Assembly (NCBI GenBank): GCA_973895155.1
Contig: OZ316892.1
Coordinates: 28,172,307 to 28,236,306 of the forward strand
Direction of reading: 5' to 3'
DNA length: 64,000 nt
From: Marsupella aquatica
Taxonomy: Eukaryota > Plantae > Marchantiophyta
Shown piece after piece: positions 62,719-64,000 of this stretch (positions within the stretch are counted from its first letter, which is position 1; each line of letters starts with the position of its first letter). Made by a program: the position numbers and the translations under genes. The notes beneath the pieces are model-generated. The model ran no database searches. It was not told the origin of the DNA and saw only the letters and a list, made by a program, of their open reading frames with translations.

Positions 62719-62914
62719 CAGCAGCTGACAAAGTCTTACTACCAACAGCGCATTTCAGAGGCGAGATCGGCCTCGATCAGTTCTCCTATTGAGATTGAAG
62801 GTCGAGACAATGCGCACAACTTGTGCACATTTCTCGAGGTTGAAAGGTCGAAATTAGTTCCCAAACACGACAACACCCGTCTGCAGCTGCTCCAAACCGG
62901 TGTCTTTCCTTTTG

Positions 62915-63090
62915 GGGGTGGGTCTCCACATGAGAATGGCTCAGTTTGGGTGTGGGTCTCAGATGAGACTGGCTCACATTTTGGGGAGTGGGTCTCAGAT
63001 GAGAATAGTGGCGCAGTTTACAACTGGATCTCACAGAAGAATGGGTCAGATTGGGAGTGGGTTTAGGGTTCAGATGTGAGAATGGCTCTA
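62915..63090. repeat. Degenerate short tandem repeats downstream of the kinase stop
   Basis: GGGTCTCAGATGAGAATGGCTCA-like motif recurs about five times. Confidence 0.7.
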
Positions 63091-63369
63091 AGTTGATGTG
63101 GAGGGTAGAGGGTTGATGTTCCTTGTATACAGAAGTATATAGTTCAAGCTAGTTTCTATGGATCGCAAACGTGGATATGTGGAGTAGGCTATAATACCAT
63201 GCTGTCATACTTTTGAAGCCTCCATATAATGTACCTATACAATATTCGCAGTGTCAGGGCCGCGTCTACTACAGTCGCTGCTTGAACAAAATTAACCTGA
63301 GAATATGTGCCACACAGAAATTAGAGGGAAAGCTCTAGGACACACTTCTTGATACATGCGATTCTTTAC

Positions 63370-64000
63370 TGGTGACAGTTTCGTCATCTCATTCATGATA
63401 TGTTCAACGTAACCTAGACTCACTGATCGAGCTAGTTCTTCCAGGGCAATCTTGCATCGTATGCCTGATTCAATTACTCTCGTATACCAATATCAAATTT
63501 TATAGTGGTGACAGTTTCATCATCTCAGGTATGCTCCTTTGTTCAACTTTACAACCTATGTACAGGATTAAAGCAAGTTCGTCCCGAGCAATCTTGTATT
63601 GTACCCTCATTCAATTACACTACTAAACCAAGCCAAATTCCGTAGTGGTGACAGTTTCGTCATCTCACTCTTGCTTCTATGTTCACCTCAGCCTATGTAC
63701 AGGACTAAAGCAAGTTCTTCCCGGGCAATCTTATATTGTACATGGCTCATTGAATTACACTCATAAAGCTATTCCAACTTCCGTAAGGGTGACAGTTTCG
63801 TCATCTCACTCATGCTCCTATGTTCAACTCGACCTATATACAGGACTAAGGCAAGTCCTTCCCAGAGCAATCTTGTATTGTACATGCCTCAATGAACTAC
63901 ACTCCCATAGCTATTCCAAATTCCATAGTGGTGACAGTTTCGTCAACCCACTCTTGCTTCTATGTTCAACTCACCATATACAGGACTAAAGCAAGTTCTT
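63370..64000. repeat. Tandem array, ~140-bp unit, >=4.5 copies (cut by window end)
   Basis: GGTGACAGTTTCGTCATCTCA...TATGTTCAAC...ACAGGACTAAAGCAAGTTCTTCC..GGCAATCTTGTATTGTA restarts near 63371, 63507, 63647, 63788, 63930. Confidence 0.93.

Noticed and set aside
63370-64000. CRISPR-like array (also considered for 1-540, 8362-8618 and 53139-53520)
   Set aside because: Entire units are homologous with no unique spacers, there are no cas genes, and the context is eukaryotic; these are satellites or minisatellites.

Overview
Eukaryotic nuclear DNA from a land plant, most likely a non-seed plant such as a bryophyte (inferred from intron style, gene families and TE content). Left to right: a ~135-bp tandem array; tRNA-Asn(GTT); an intronless F-box gene; ~8 kb of TE debris, including 3' ends of RLE-type (CRE-like) non-LTR retrotransposons and MITEs; a multi-exon GPI ethanolamine-phosphate transferase 1 (PIG-N/MCD4); a chloroplast glutamyl-tRNA-reductase-binding protein (GBP/PGR7); a Sas10/Utp3-family gene; a decayed Crypton/DUF3504-like tyrosine recombinase gene; an NB-ARC-LRR (NLR) gene; Copia, PIF/Harbinger and RLE-LINE remnants; an ankyrin-repeat Raf-like kinase (ILK/VIK type); and a ~140-bp tandem array. 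The three most interesting observations: (1) the Sas10 gene appears to be a Sas10/neuroguidin(Lcp5) hybrid in one reading frame; (2) the NLR has a reconstructable beta-rich N-terminal domain that is not TIR, CC or RPW8, weakly resembles aegerolysin/actinoporin-type folds, and carries an early in-frame stop; (3) a plant Crypton-like recombinase with a KxxR catalytic variant lies directly beside that NLR. Exon models were built by eye and family assignments rest on recalled motifs; no searches were run.
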